Positions 18,980-28,267 are shown, counted from the first letter of the stretch. The stretch is DNA of 64,000 nucleotides from an uncultured virus (IMG/VR IMGVR_UViG_3300034190_003093) (IMGVR_UViG_3300034190_003093:1-64000); one strand, 5' to 3'. The notes: generated by a model from the letters alone, not told the origin. Made by a program: numbers and translations.

Positions 18980-20518
18980 CTATACGAAATCAATTTTTGC
19001 TTTGTTAAAAAATATTCCCCATATTGCAGCCGCTATTGCTAGTGCAATAAATGCTGCTGGGAAGGGTTCAAGTAATAAATCTTCCCATCCGTAACCGAAT
19101 GTGTTGAATTGTACCCAACTTGCTTCAAGTCTATGTGATAAGATAAATCCAATTAGGAAACTTATACGACTGAATTTAAAATACTTCATACCTAGTCCAG
19201 CCACGCAACACATAGCAAACATAAGATAATCATCAATGAATCCTGTGTACTGTGATGTAGTCCATACTAGACTTGCCATAATAGGCCAGAAGTAATATTT
19301 GAATGGAATATTGGTAATGTAAACTGCATAACGAATGAATCCGTAACTAATTGGCAGAATAATTATCAAGCTCCACAGATAACTGCTCAGTAAGTGGTCA
19401 AAGAACACGCCGTCTGCTAGCACTGCTGGGCTACCTAATTCAAGCCCAACATACATAAGCAAGCCCATTACAATAACTTCAAACGGTGCACCCGGAATAC
19501 CAAACAAAATAGTAGGAACATAACTGGTAGCCTTTTGTGCATTGTTGGCACCTTCGCATCCAATTACACCTTGTACATTACCTTGTCCTACTGGGTACCC
19601 TTCGCCATTGTAATCGTCAACCTCACCTTTTGTTTTTTTGCGTGACAGTGCAACTGTTTGACTATATGCAAACCAATCTGCAATGTTGCCGCCGATGCCA
19701 GGCACTAGTCCTACAAAACCGCCGATGAATCCACCACGCAGTCCGTCCCAACGATATTTCCAAGTGTCCTTGATACCTTGCCACAACTGGTTGAGAATAT
19801 CACCTTTAGTTAAACTAACCTTTGTGGCTTTCATTCTGTATGCACTTACTAGTTCTGGAAATGCTAGTACACCTGCCATCACTGGAATCATTTGAATTCC
19901 ATTTTCGATATAGTCCCAGTCAGTAAAGTAAACACGCCATGTGTCAAAGTCAAAGTTTGGTATTACTGTAATCCAACGCTGTGCTGCGGTGTCTGGGTCC
20001 ATACCCACTAGTCCTAACACAACCCCCGCTACAAGCGCAAAGATGCCACGGATCCAGTATTTGCTGCTAATAAAAATAACACATGTCATTGCAAACAACA
20101 AAAATGCAAACATTTCAGTAGTGCCAAAATACAGTACAATTTTAGTATAATATGGTAGAAACAAAAATACCAGCAATCCCCAAATCAAACCGTTTACCCA
20201 ACTTGTACTAATTGCTGCACTAAGTGCTCGTGCCGCTTGTCCCCGTCTACTCATTGGAAATCCATCCACCATAGTAGCCGCTGCGCCACCTGCTCCCGGA
20301 ACGTTCATTACAACACCGCAAAATGTATCACCGATGCTGCTAGTAACAACTACTGCGGTTGTAAACACTACTAGCATGTAAGGATCATGGAAATACGTAA
20401 CAAAACTGTACACAGCAATCAGCCCTGTGGTTGCACCAGCAACTGGTATTAATCCTACAAAAAATCCATAGAACACTCCTAACATTAATACTATAATATA
20501 TAAGTCAAGAAAATACAT
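18980..20518 (-). CDS. tctA: Tripartite tricarboxylate transporter large permease
   Basis: GLIP..G, NVPG, DGFPM...G.A..AL, GLVPGIGG, EGANNA, VPTILFGIPG. Confidence 0.88.
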   Translation of the reverse strand: MYFLDLYIIVLMLGVFYGFFVGLIPVAGATTGLIAVYSFVTYFHDPYMLVVFTTAVVVTSSIGDTFCGVVMNVPGAGGAAATMVDGFPMSRRGQAARALSAAISTSWVNGLIWGLLVFLFLPYYTKIVLYFGTTEMFAFLLFAMTCVIFISSKYWIRGIFALVAGVVLGLVGMDPDTAAQRWITVIPNFDFDTWRVYFTDWDYIENGIQMIPVMAGVLAFPELVSAYRMKATKVSLTKGDILNQLWQGIKDTWKYRWDGLRGGFIGGFVGLVPGIGGNIADWFAYSQTVALSRKKTKGEVDDYNGEGYPVGQGNVQGVIGCEGANNAQKATSYVPTILFGIPGAPFEVIVMGLLMYVGLELGSPAVLADGVFFDHLLSSYLWSLIIILPISYGFIRYAVYITNIPFKYYFWPIMASLVWTTSQYTGFIDDYLMFAMCCVAGLGMKYFKFSRISFLIGFILSHRLEASWVQFNTFGYGWEDLLLEPFPAAFIALAIAAAIWGIFFNKAKIDFV

Positions 20519-20652
20519 AGTGCAGCCTTCATAGGAAAAATCTGGCTAATCTCAATGAGACTAGTCAGAGACAGACGATTACTCGCCCGAGTTAAAAATT
20601 ATTGGGATAGAAAAAGCTGAACTTCTTTACATTCGAGCGTTAGCTTTTCTTG
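20519..20652 (-). promoter_or_regulatory. Candidate structured cis-regulatory RNA/attenuator upstream of tctA
   Basis: 5' stem with possible loop pseudoknot, then a 13-position hairpin and T5 tract before the RBS. Confidence 0.45.
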
Positions 20653-20658
20653 TTAAAT

Positions 20659-21339
20659 TTATTTAGTACGCCAGACAAAGTACAGTCGATTTTTATGACT
20701 ATCGGTTCTTAAATCAAGAATATCAACGTTTAATTGTGTAGCACAGTTAACTACAAAGTTGCTATCCCATGGATAAAATGATATCCAGTTTGATTCATCC
20801 TTGTGGTGCGGCAAGCCAGGGTTTGCTCTAAAGAACATAATCGCACCTGGGTTGCACAAGTTTACTGCATGTTCTAGTTCTGCAAAAACTTTATCTGTGC
20901 TGCCAAAGTTGATTGATCCCAGTGCTAGCACTACATCATATTTTTCTTGCGGGTGATGATCCAGCAATTTAACAGTCAAATCAGCAGCATCATTGTAGGG
21001 GTCAATACCTATAATATTATCAATCTTGTGTTTGAACTCGTGATAGCCACATCCGATGTCTAGTACTTTGCGTGGTTTTAGTTTGTTAACTTCGTCAATT
21101 AATGCTGGGCCGCTGTACTTATATTTTGACATTTCGCCTTGCCAGTGATTTCTAAAGTATTCGTCCAGCACTTTGTCGTCAATTCGATCAACCAGCTCGC
21201 CGATATTATTATAATCTACACTGTCGAGTGAAACATTGAATGTACCCTGGATAGCCTGATGCAGTGTGTTTTTGTTGCGCAACAACTGCGGACTAGTATG
21301 CAGCATTTGCTCCAGTTTATTTAAGATTTTATGATTCAT
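20659..21339 (-). CDS. Class I SAM-dependent methyltransferase
   Basis: VLDIGCG, GIDP, YDVVLALGSINF. Confidence 0.8.
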   Translation of the reverse strand: MNHKILNKLEQMLHTSPQLLRNKNTLHQAIQGTFNVSLDSVDYNNIGELVDRIDDKVLDEYFRNHWQGEMSKYKYSGPALIDEVNKLKPRKVLDIGCGYHEFKHKIDNIIGIDPYNDAADLTVKLLDHHPQEKYDVVLALGSINFGSTDKVFAELEHAVNLCNPGAIMFFRANPGLPHHKDESNWISFYPWDSNFVVNCATQLNVDILDLRTDSHKNRLYFVWRTK

Positions 21340-21881
21340 TGAATGCCTTTTAGCGTGGTCATGAGGATGTCGCTGTGTTTTTTATGTTGTGCCCATTGTA
21401 ACTTATGTTGGCGAGCAAAGTCAAGTATTAATTTGTTCTGTTGATGAATCTGAACAGCCATAGTTGATTCATTTTGGTACCAATCATAGTTTGGGTATGT
21501 GATATCAAATCCGCCGGCTTGTAACCACCATTGCATGCTAGCAGGACCTGGCCGATACACAAGTGTTATCCAAGCATCCGGGTAGCGTTCAACAATCTCG
21601 TCGAAATAATAAGGCCATTCGTGGCTCATTAATAACTTAATGCCGCCGGCTTTTGAAAATGGTGCATCCAAGTTATACTCATCTAAGTCGGTATTGAATT
21701 CCATGCCCGTGCCAAAGTATGCATCCTTGTGTCCAGAAAAGTCACCATGTGTGTACACACGATGTGGTGCCCTGTCTGATGTGTTGTATTCTGGATTTAG
21801 TTTGATTTCTTGTGCTATTCCACTCCAGCGACTGCCGGGCACACCTGTGAAAAACTCATACTTGGGTAAAGATGTTGTCAT
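21336..21881 (-). CDS. P-loop/sulfotransferase-like protein
   Basis: N-terminal FTGVPGSRWS, later SH and LVYR resembling a sulfotransferase fold. Confidence 0.45.
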   Translation of the reverse strand: MTTSLPKYEFFTGVPGSRWSGIAQEIKLNPEYNTSDRAPHRVYTHGDFSGHKDAYFGTGMEFNTDLDEYNLDAPFSKAGGIKLLMSHEWPYYFDEIVERYPDAWITLVYRPGPASMQWWLQAGGFDITYPNYDWYQNESTMAVQIHQQNKLILDFARQHKLQWAQHKKHSDILMTTLKGIQ

Positions 21882-21938
21882 ACATTTAATTATCTGTAAA
21901 ATATACTCAAGAAAAATAAACTTTTTGGCATTTAGAGG

Positions 21939-21967
21939 TTGACCTTTTCTTTAGTTTCGGTTATAGT
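21939..21967 (+). promoter_or_regulatory. Early sigma70-type promoter
   Basis: TTGACC-N17-TATAGT. Confidence 0.65.
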
Positions 21968-22002
21968 ATAACTACAAAGAGAATAAAAAACAGGAGCAAA
22001 CA

Positions 22003-22470
22003 ATGTTAGCAGAAGCAATCATAAGTTTAACAGTAGCCTTTAGCAGCCCAGCAGAGCACGAGTGTCTTGCCAAGAATATTTACTTTGAAGCACGTAACCA
22101 AAGCGTGGCAGGAAAAGTAGCAGTATCACATGTGGTGTTTAATCGTGTCAACAGCAAGCGTTTTCCAGATACAATTTGCGGCGTGGTGTACCAAGGTGTA
22201 AAAAACAAAGACGGATCAATGAAACGCCATATGTGCCAGTTTAGTTGGTATTGCGATGGACTTAGTGATGCTCCTAAAGATCAAGAAGCATGGGAAGCTG
22301 CACAAGTGTTGGCATCAGAAGCATTGGTATTACACCAGCAAGGATACGATGGCACAGATGGGTCCATGTGGTATCATGCCAAGAATGTCAAACCAAACTG
22401 GCGCCCAGACTTTAACTTTGTTGGGCAAATTGATGACCACTTGTTTTATAGAGAGAAAAAACGCAAATGA
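22003..22470 (+). CDS. SleB-like cell wall hydrolase (Hydrolase_2)
   Basis: CLAKNIYFEAR, NRV...FPDTICGVVYQ, CQFSW, IDDHLFY. Confidence 0.9.
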   Translation: MLAEAIISLTVAFSSPAEHECLAKNIYFEARNQSVAGKVAVSHVVFNRVNSKRFPDTICGVVYQGVKNKDGSMKRHMCQFSWYCDGLSDAPKDQEAWEAAQVLASEALVLHQQGYDGTDGSMWYHAKNVKPNWRPDFNFVGQIDDHLFYREKKRK

Positions 22471-23156
22471 AATCGCACTTAACAGCCGTTGCACTAGCGT
22501 TTGGCACACCGAGTACCGCGGCTGATACTTCGCAGTACTTTGTTGAACTATACGATTACAAGTATACCGAGCCGGGTTTAATGTCCAAGGCTTCGTCATA
22601 CGGATTTGCTGGCATTGGATATCAAGATTACAAGTCTCGATATCAAAACGGATTTGTTGGCAATGCAAAGTATTTTGTCGGCACAACAGACTATACGTCG
22701 AGTAATACTGGCAAAACTAAAAATGACCTCACAACAGGTCTGTCGGGCGAAATATCATACAAATATAATTCTTTTTATATCGGGCTAGGCTTTCGGCAGC
22801 TAAATGATCGTTGGGGCGGCAAACAATCATCTACTGGACACTTCACATACAACAGAAGGTCGCAGTATCTATACGCACCGCTTGGCAATATAATATACAA
22901 CAACCGTGGTGGGTATTTCAAATATCAAGTTAACTATCTAATCAGTGGTAACCAAACTAGTTACATAACCCAAGCAGGCTATTCTCAAACAACTAATACC
23001 CAAGACAGTGGCTATGGAGTTGAATTAGAATGGTTGCCCAATCACAACTATGGTGTGTTTGCCACGCACTGGAACATTGCCGATTCATCTGTTAACAACG
23101 GATTGTATGAACCGCAAAACACTACCACCGAGTTTGGTTTTAAATTATTGTTCTAA
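22467..23156 (+). CDS. Outer-membrane beta-barrel protein
   Basis: Signal-like N-terminus, Tyr/Gly-rich alternating strands, C-terminal EFGFKLLF beta-signal. Confidence 0.65.
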   Translation: MKSHLTAVALAFGTPSTAADTSQYFVELYDYKYTEPGLMSKASSYGFAGIGYQDYKSRYQNGFVGNAKYFVGTTDYTSSNTGKTKNDLTTGLSGEISYKYNSFYIGLGFRQLNDRWGGKQSSTGHFTYNRRSQYLYAPLGNIIYNNRGGYFKYQVNYLISGNQTSYITQAGYSQTTNTQDSGYGVELEWLPNHNYGVFATHWNIADSSVNNGLYEPQNTTTEFGFKLLF

Positions 23157-23186
23157 CCGAAATCATCAAAACGGACAATGTTGGGT

Positions 23187-23215
23187 TTGACAACTTGGTC
23201 GTTTGATGCTACACT
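23187..23215 (+). promoter_or_regulatory. sigma70-type promoter
   Basis: TTGACA-N17-TACACT. Confidence 0.6.
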
Positions 23216-23269
23216 GTTTGCATGTTGTTAGAAAACTAACAGCGAAATCACAATTGGAGACAAATTAAT

Positions 23270-23548
23270 ATGACAACCACAACTACCACAACAAAGCAAG
23301 ATAAAGTACTTAATGCACTTATGGCTGGTGAGCAACTCACAGGCAAGCAAATTTCAGCACGCTTCGGCGTAGGTAATGCTCGTGCAACTGTATCAGCATT
23401 GCGCATGAAAGGCTTTGCTATCTATGCTAACGAGTCAACAGACACTAAGGGTCGTGTGAAAATCAAGTATCGCTTGGGTCGCCCATCTCGTGCTGTTGTT
23501 GCTGCTGGTTACAAAGCACTTGCGGCTGCATCACGTGCCGCAGCCTAA
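23270..23548 (+). CDS. Small winged-helix DNA-binding protein
   Basis: LT.KQI..RFGV.N.RATVS.LR..G..IY; own promoter and terminator. Confidence 0.7.
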   Translation: MTTTTTTTKQDKVLNALMAGEQLTGKQISARFGVGNARATVSALRMKGFAIYANESTDTKGRVKIKYRLGRPSRAVVAAGYKALAAASRAAA

Positions 23549-23573
23549 ACTTTAACAGTTTAAATTTACAACT

Positions 23574-23603
23574 AAAAAAGCTGCCCTAGGGTGGCTTTTT
23601 TTT
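23574..23603 (+). terminator. Intrinsic terminator
   Basis: A-tract, gctgcc-ctag-ggtggc stem-loop, T8 tract. Confidence 0.8.
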
Positions 23604-23624
23604 ACGATTAATGCAAAATACAGG

Positions 23625-23653
23625 TTGACCTTTTTATTGTTTTAGGCTATACT
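23625..23653 (+). promoter_or_regulatory. Early promoter cassette
   Basis: TTGACC-N17-TATACT. Confidence 0.75.
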
Positions 23654-23677
23654 ATATGTAACAGCTAGGAGAAAAAC

Positions 23678-23860
23678 ATGCTTATCGTAAATGACATCCA
23701 AGACACAATTACAATGAAAAACAAACTGTCTGGGTTGCTTCGTCGCTCCAACACATTTGATATGTCCAAGTCAGACATCCAAGTTGAACTTGATATGATC
23801 ATCGAAGATCTTATTAAAAATGAAGCCCGCATCGAAAGCAACATGCAGGAGACAGTGTAA
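23678..23860 (+). CDS. Hypothetical protein
   Basis: AGGAG RBS. Confidence 0.6.
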   Translation: MLIVNDIQDTITMKNKLSGLLRRSNTFDMSKSDIQVELDMIIEDLIKNEARIESNMQETV

Positions 23861-24039
23861 TGCAAACATTTACTTTTGAAGCGTATGGTAAAACTTTTAA
23901 AGTACAAGGCAAGACTGCACTGTCTGTAATGGAAGATGCAAATCGTGAATTACTATGGGGAAATAAGCAATACAAACAGGGCGCCTGGAGTGATGGCCCA
24001 ACGAAATTCTGCTGGATTGAAGGAAACTTTTTTGATTAA
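23860..24039 (+). CDS. Hypothetical protein (59 aa, not in ORF track)
   Basis: AGGAG RBS, TAATG coupling. Confidence 0.55.
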   Translation: MQTFTFEAYGKTFKVQGKTALSVMEDANRELLWGNKQYKQGAWSDGPTKFCWIEGNFFD

Positions 24040-24054
24040 TTGATACGATTTAGG

Positions 24055-24083
24055 TTGACCTTTTTATCAAGATCGGCTATACT
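24055..24083 (+). promoter_or_regulatory. Early promoter cassette
   Basis: TTGACC-N17-TATACT. Confidence 0.75.
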
Positions 24084-24130
24084 GTATATACTAGAACGGC
24101 AATCCACTGCCTTATCATCGGAGAAATATA

Positions 24131-24328
24131 ATGCACGATACAACAGATAACACTATTGGTCTTGTAATGATCACAATCATAAGCATAGTACTGGGATACT
24201 ATGCTGTTCAAACAATACAACACGATACTATGTTTGGTTCAACTGGTTCGGCGGCACACACTGTAACACAACAAGTTAATGAGCTGACAAAAGCAAAAAT
24301 ATACATTGCTACGTTAGGACTAAATTAA
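24131..24328 (+). CDS. Single-pass membrane protein
   Basis: GGAG RBS, N-terminal TM helix. Confidence 0.55.
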   Translation: MHDTTDNTIGLVMITIISIVLGYYAVQTIQHDTMFGSTGSAAHTVTQQVNELTKAKIYIATLGLN

Positions 24329-24351
24329 TTCTCAAATATGCAAAATAAAGG

Positions 24352-24380
24352 TTGACCTTTTATTACATTTCGGTTATACT
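24352..24380 (+). promoter_or_regulatory. Early promoter cassette
   Basis: TTGACC-N17-TATACT. Confidence 0.75.
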
Positions 24381-24405
24381 GTATGTAACAGTTAGGAGAA
24401 ATACC

Positions 24406-24765
24406 ATGCAAATTCTTGTACAACACGCAAAAACAGATCGTAACACAGGTAATGTAGAAGGCTTCCGTGATGTAGCAATAGTTAGTGTTCCGGAAGAAAT
24501 TTCGGCATTTGGTACTACAACTGATTGCCTTGAGTATGCTTATCGTTGGACAAACAATGTATTGGGCTCCTGGAGTATTAAACAAAAAACTTTCGAAGAC
24601 GGTCTGGAAAACGGTGACTACAACGAAGACGTTACTGTGCTTTACACACGCCCAGATGGAATGGGTCAACGTTCAAGCATGATGGGTGACCGCTTTGTTG
24701 TAGACGGTGTTGTTTACAAATGTGCAGTGTTTGGCTTTAAAGTCGTGGAGCGTGAAAATGCCTAA
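24406..24765 (+). CDS. Hypothetical protein
   Basis: AGGAG RBS; LEYAYRWTNN, RSSMMGD. Confidence 0.65.
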   Translation: MQILVQHAKTDRNTGNVEGFRDVAIVSVPEEISAFGTTTDCLEYAYRWTNNVLGSWSIKQKTFEDGLENGDYNEDVTVLYTRPDGMGQRSSMMGDRFVVDGVVYKCAVFGFKVVERENA

Positions 24766-25417
24766 AACAGATCCAGTGGCGTATTCAGCAGCTGACATAT
24801 GGGGCGCCGCAGTGCATGCAACCAATGTTAATGGCGGCTATATTAAAATGCCACAATATGCAATTGACGAAAATGATACGCATATTGTGGTTAAAATACC
24901 CAATCGAGATGTTGCAAAACAAGCTCTTGCTGATGGTGTTGTTACTGAGCAAGATCGCCAAACAGGCAAAGAAGCACAACAATACTTGTCCAGTCGCTTG
25001 GCAATGAAAGCATTGTCTGGTCGATTGTCAGACTTTGAAAGTGTGCTGGCTAGTACAATATCTTTGGAAGAGTTTATTGTGCCACAGGACAGAAGTAAAA
25101 TTGGTGTTGTTAACAGCCAAATTGCAAGTTATCAACGCCAAGTTCAAGAAGAGTCATTAACACAACATTCTGTGTGGGGCTATGTTAGCGAAGTTGGCAT
25201 GCGTGTTGACACACAAGTCACAGTAGCATCCTGCTACTATATCCAACAGTATGAAAAGTTTCGGTATGTTGCTATTACAAAAGAAGGACACAAAACCAGC
25301 TTTTATAACAGCAAAGAATACACACCGGGTACTACAGTGGAAATCCGCGGCACTGTTAAAAAACATGCGGAAAACGTAACTATTTTAAATAGAGTAAAGA
25401 TCAAGGAAACAATGTAA
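24758..25417 (+). CDS. Hypothetical protein with probable C-terminal OB fold
   Basis: YV..VG.R...V...I.GTVKKH...T.LNRVK. Confidence 0.55.
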   Translation: MPKTDPVAYSAADIWGAAVHATNVNGGYIKMPQYAIDENDTHIVVKIPNRDVAKQALADGVVTEQDRQTGKEAQQYLSSRLAMKALSGRLSDFESVLASTISLEEFIVPQDRSKIGVVNSQIASYQRQVQEESLTQHSVWGYVSEVGMRVDTQVTVASCYYIQQYEKFRYVAITKEGHKTSFYNSKEYTPGTTVEIRGTVKKHAENVTILNRVKIKETM

Positions 25418-25794
25418 TGGAAAAAACATTCACAGTTGCTGGTACAGCAACACAGCACGGTATTACTAAAGTTCGCTTTGCCAATGATTTTGTAAGCCGA
25501 TATAAAATTCTTCTAAAAAACGGCTGTGATCCAATTAATTTGATTGAGCTGCCAGAGCCAATGACTAAACTTGAAGCACTAAAGCATTTGGAAAGCCTCG
25601 ACTGGCCTGGTGATGACGGCTATGCTGTTACCAGCAAGCTTTATGAAATTATGAAGGAAGCCAAAAAAGGCGAATTCAAAAAAGAGTTTTCACTAAGTGA
25701 AATTCGTTCACGTAAAGTAGATGTATCTCCTATTGAGATTTTGCAACAAACTGGATTCATGGACGTTGATGTTTCGGAGCTTGAATTGGAATGA
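25417..25794 (+). CDS. Hypothetical protein
   Basis: FTVAG...KVRFAND...LIELPEPMTK. Confidence 0.6.
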   Translation: MEKTFTVAGTATQHGITKVRFANDFVSRYKILLKNGCDPINLIELPEPMTKLEALKHLESLDWPGDDGYAVTSKLYEIMKEAKKGEFKKEFSLSEIRSRKVDVSPIEILQQTGFMDVDVSELELE

Positions 25795-26402
25795 CAACAC
25801 TGTCTGAACTCGACAAAAGAATGTTTGAGTATATCAATCATCTACACTTTGAAGATATAGATCCTGCAAACTTACCGTGGGAAGAATATATCCAACGACC
25901 GGTGTACACACCTTGGGAATTTCCTCAAGAACTAGAATTGATGTTCAAAACTATTTTTGTTGATAACAAAGACATTATTAATAATAAAAAAGTCCTAGAC
26001 ATTGGCTGCGAATACGGCACTAAAATACCTTGGTTTGCTAAACTGCAACCAAGCGAGTTGATATGTATAGATCCAGACAAATCACACTTTACTATTGCAA
26101 ATTATGTTAGTGACCTAATTGGCAGAACAACAACAACCAAAACTCATTGTGCAACCTCTAGAGCAGAAGATTTTGATCTAACTGCTGAAACAATATTTTT
26201 GTTAAGTGTGAATCATTATGTGGACGATCAATTTGAAATATACAAAAATCTTAACTGTACTCACTTGGTGATAGACACACACACCGACCATGAGATCTCA
26301 CTAGCAGATATTAACAATTTCTTAGGAAAAGAATATACCATCGAAAGTGAAGTATATATCAGAACAAACAGAGCTGTAGTAAGGTACAAAAAAAATGAAT
26401 AA
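25791..26402 (+). CDS. SAM-dependent methyltransferase
   Basis: VLDIGCEYG, IDP, LSVNHY. Confidence 0.75.
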   Translation: MTTLSELDKRMFEYINHLHFEDIDPANLPWEEYIQRPVYTPWEFPQELELMFKTIFVDNKDIINNKKVLDIGCEYGTKIPWFAKLQPSELICIDPDKSHFTIANYVSDLIGRTTTTKTHCATSRAEDFDLTAETIFLLSVNHYVDDQFEIYKNLNCTHLVIDTHTDHEISLADINNFLGKEYTIESEVYIRTNRAVVRYKKNE

Positions 26403-26440
26403 CTTCGTACTAGGACAATCTGTGGCTAAATATCACTGTA

Positions 26441-26710
26441 ATGTTTAAAAGCTACGATAAACTCGAAGAGATATTTGGCAAAGATGACGCAGTTGCTGGA
26501 ATGGTACTGTCGTTGTGTGCAGCAATGTTTGACAACGGTGTGAAACTAGTACACATTGGTGGGCTCATGAGAATGCTGGGAGTACCCAATGATGTGGCTT
26601 GCGAACATGACGAAGAAGCAATAGAGTTACCAGATAACTTTTACGAACAATTAGAAGAAATGGAAACAGAGTTAGAAAGCTTTGTGCCTGCTTCAGCTAC
26701 CGTACATTAA
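26441..26710 (+). CDS. Hypothetical acidic protein
   Basis: TAAATA box 8 nt upstream. Confidence 0.55.
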   Translation: MFKSYDKLEEIFGKDDAVAGMVLSLCAAMFDNGVKLVHIGGLMRMLGVPNDVACEHDEEAIELPDNFYEQLEEMETELESFVPASATVH

Positions 26711-26726
26711 TTAGGAGATAAAATTT

Positions 26727-26903
26727 ATGTCAGCCCATGATACACTTGTTGAACAATTTGAAACATACTTGTTAGAACATGCTAAATTTGAAGAAAAGGG
26801 TGTAAAAGCCTCTGCAACACGAGCTCGTGCTGCACTACAAGCAATTGGTGGAGCAGTCAAAGAGCGCCGCAAAGAAATCATTGAAAAGAAAAATTCACTT
26901 TAA
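26727..26903 (+). CDS. Hc1-like (histone H1-like) small protein (58 aa, not in ORF track)
   Basis: AGGAG RBS; KF..KGVKASATRAR.AL...K.RRKE. Confidence 0.65.
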   Translation: MSAHDTLVEQFETYLLEHAKFEEKGVKASATRARAALQAIGGAVKERRKEIIEKKNSL

Positions 26904-26904
26904 T

Positions 26905-27084
26905 ATGCCAACTGTTGAACTTTCTGTTATCGCCGACCCCAACAACCCAGATGAGTTGTTACTGCAATTGCCTGATTCACTACTCGAATCACAAGATTGG
27001 AAGGTCGGCGATACACTACAATGGAACGAAACAGTCAACGGTGCCTGGACACTAACAAAAAATGATGAATCAAACAGGGATTGA
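26905..27084 (+). CDS. AbrB/MazE-like DNA-binding protein
   Basis: LLQLPDSLLES.DWKVGDTLQW. Confidence 0.65.
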   Translation: MPTVELSVIADPNNPDELLLQLPDSLLESQDWKVGDTLQWNETVNGAWTLTKNDESNRD

Positions 27085-27304
27085 CGGTAGACTTTCACTA
27101 ACCGGCGATCATGCAGACATCGAAATTAATGGCGTTAGCCTCAGCGACACACTCGCTGCTATCAACGAAAAACTAGCTATACTTGTGCCCAATCCAGCAT
27201 TGGAACAAGAAAGTGCGGAACTGGCTGCTATTCGGCGTGAGTACATAAAGCTGGAAAAGCAGTTAATCGAAAAAAAACTAGCCTGGGAATTACTAAACAA
27301 ATGA
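27062..27304 (+). CDS. Hypothetical protein
   Basis: ADI.ING.SL...L..I..KLAIL.PN..LE. Confidence 0.55.
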   Translation: MMNQTGIDGRLSLTGDHADIEINGVSLSDTLAAINEKLAILVPNPALEQESAELAAIRREYIKLEKQLIEKKLAWELLNK

Positions 27305-27621
27305 CATATGTTGTAGAAGAAGAATGTATCAAATGCAAACACCAAGATTGTGTAGCAGTATGCCCAGTAGACTGTTTTTACGAAGGCGAAAACATGCTGG
27401 TAATTAATCCTGATGAGTGCATTGATTGTGCAGTGTGCGTACCTGAGTGCCCAGTTGATGCGATTGTAGCCGACGACGAAAGCACACCATTCTGGATCAA
27501 TTTAAATGCCGAACTTGCAGAAGCATGGAAAGACAATCAGATTACCGAAGTTGGAGAATCGCCAGCAGACGCTGCTGAATGGAAAGGCGTTCCAAATAAG
27601 ATTGAGCTACTAATACGATGA
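27301..27621 (+). CDS. fdxA: 7Fe ferredoxin
   Basis: [21 protein letters not shown] and [12 protein letters not shown]. Confidence 0.9.
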   Translation: MTYVVEEECIKCKHQDCVAVCPVDCFYEGENMLVINPDECIDCAVCVPECPVDAIVADDESTPFWINLNAELAEAWKDNQITEVGESPADAAEWKGVPNKIELLIR

Positions 27622-27779
27622 TACGCTGGTATGATTATGCTATAGCATTTGCGTTTGCAGATTTGATATGGACTGTGCTGTTTCTGCCTTATGTTGGATT
27701 CATAGTTGCATATGCTGCATACGAATATGGATGGAGTGCGTATTGTAACTATAGATTAAACCAAGAATATAGAGTATAA
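27618..27779 (+). CDS. Small membrane protein (53 aa, not in ORF track)
   Basis: ATGA overlap; MIRWYDY then hydrophobic. Confidence 0.55.
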   Translation: MIRWYDYAIAFAFADLIWTVLFLPYVGFIVAYAAYEYGWSAYCNYRLNQEYRV

Positions 27780-27838
27780 AGTTGAAAATGCAAGAACGTT
27801 ATCATGAATATATGTTACGAAGAATTAAGGAATATAGA

Positions 27839-28195
27839 ATGACAAACCCATTCAAAGACATTGATGAATTTGGTACAGCGTGTGATCAAGAACCTAGTGA
27901 AGAAAACTACAAAATGTATCTTAGTCTCATTGACGAAGAATATGATGAACTGTTAGATGCTGTAGTAGCACAAGACAAAGTAGAACAACTCGATGCACTA
28001 GTAGACATTCTGGTTGTTACTATGGGTGCTATTCGTGCCGCAGGCTGGGATGGCGAAGCGGCTTGGAAAGAAGTAATGGACACAAACTTTGCTAAGATTG
28101 ATCCAGTCACAGGCAAAGTACGCAAACGTGAAGACGGCAAAGTATTAAAACCAGAAGGATGGAAGGCTCCAGAACTTGCACAGTTTGTAAAATAA
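27839..28195 (+). CDS. MazG-like all-alpha NTP pyrophosphohydrolase
   Basis: LIDEEYDEL, LDALVD, NFAK, REDGKVLKPEGW; possible upstream start at 27788. Confidence 0.8.
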   Translation: MTNPFKDIDEFGTACDQEPSEENYKMYLSLIDEEYDELLDAVVAQDKVEQLDALVDILVVTMGAIRAAGWDGEAAWKEVMDTNFAKIDPVTGKVRKREDGKVLKPEGWKAPELAQFVK

Positions 28196-28207
28196 TATAA
28201 AAAATAC

Positions 28208-28263
28208 TTGACATTCATTGAAACTCCTGCTATACTTGTTTTAAGTTAACCAAGCAGGAGTTT
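28208..28263 (+). promoter_or_regulatory. sigma70 promoter nested in RBS-sequestering inverted repeat
   Basis: TTGACA-N17-TATACT; aaactcctgct/agcaggagttt perfect 11-bp inverted repeat. Confidence 0.7.
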
Positions 28264-28267
28264 TTTA

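Noticed and set aside
9900..21881. Bacterial chromosome or prophage boundary
   Set aside because: Host-like genes use the same promoter boxes, tight coupling and composition as the phage genes; no integrase or att-like site seen
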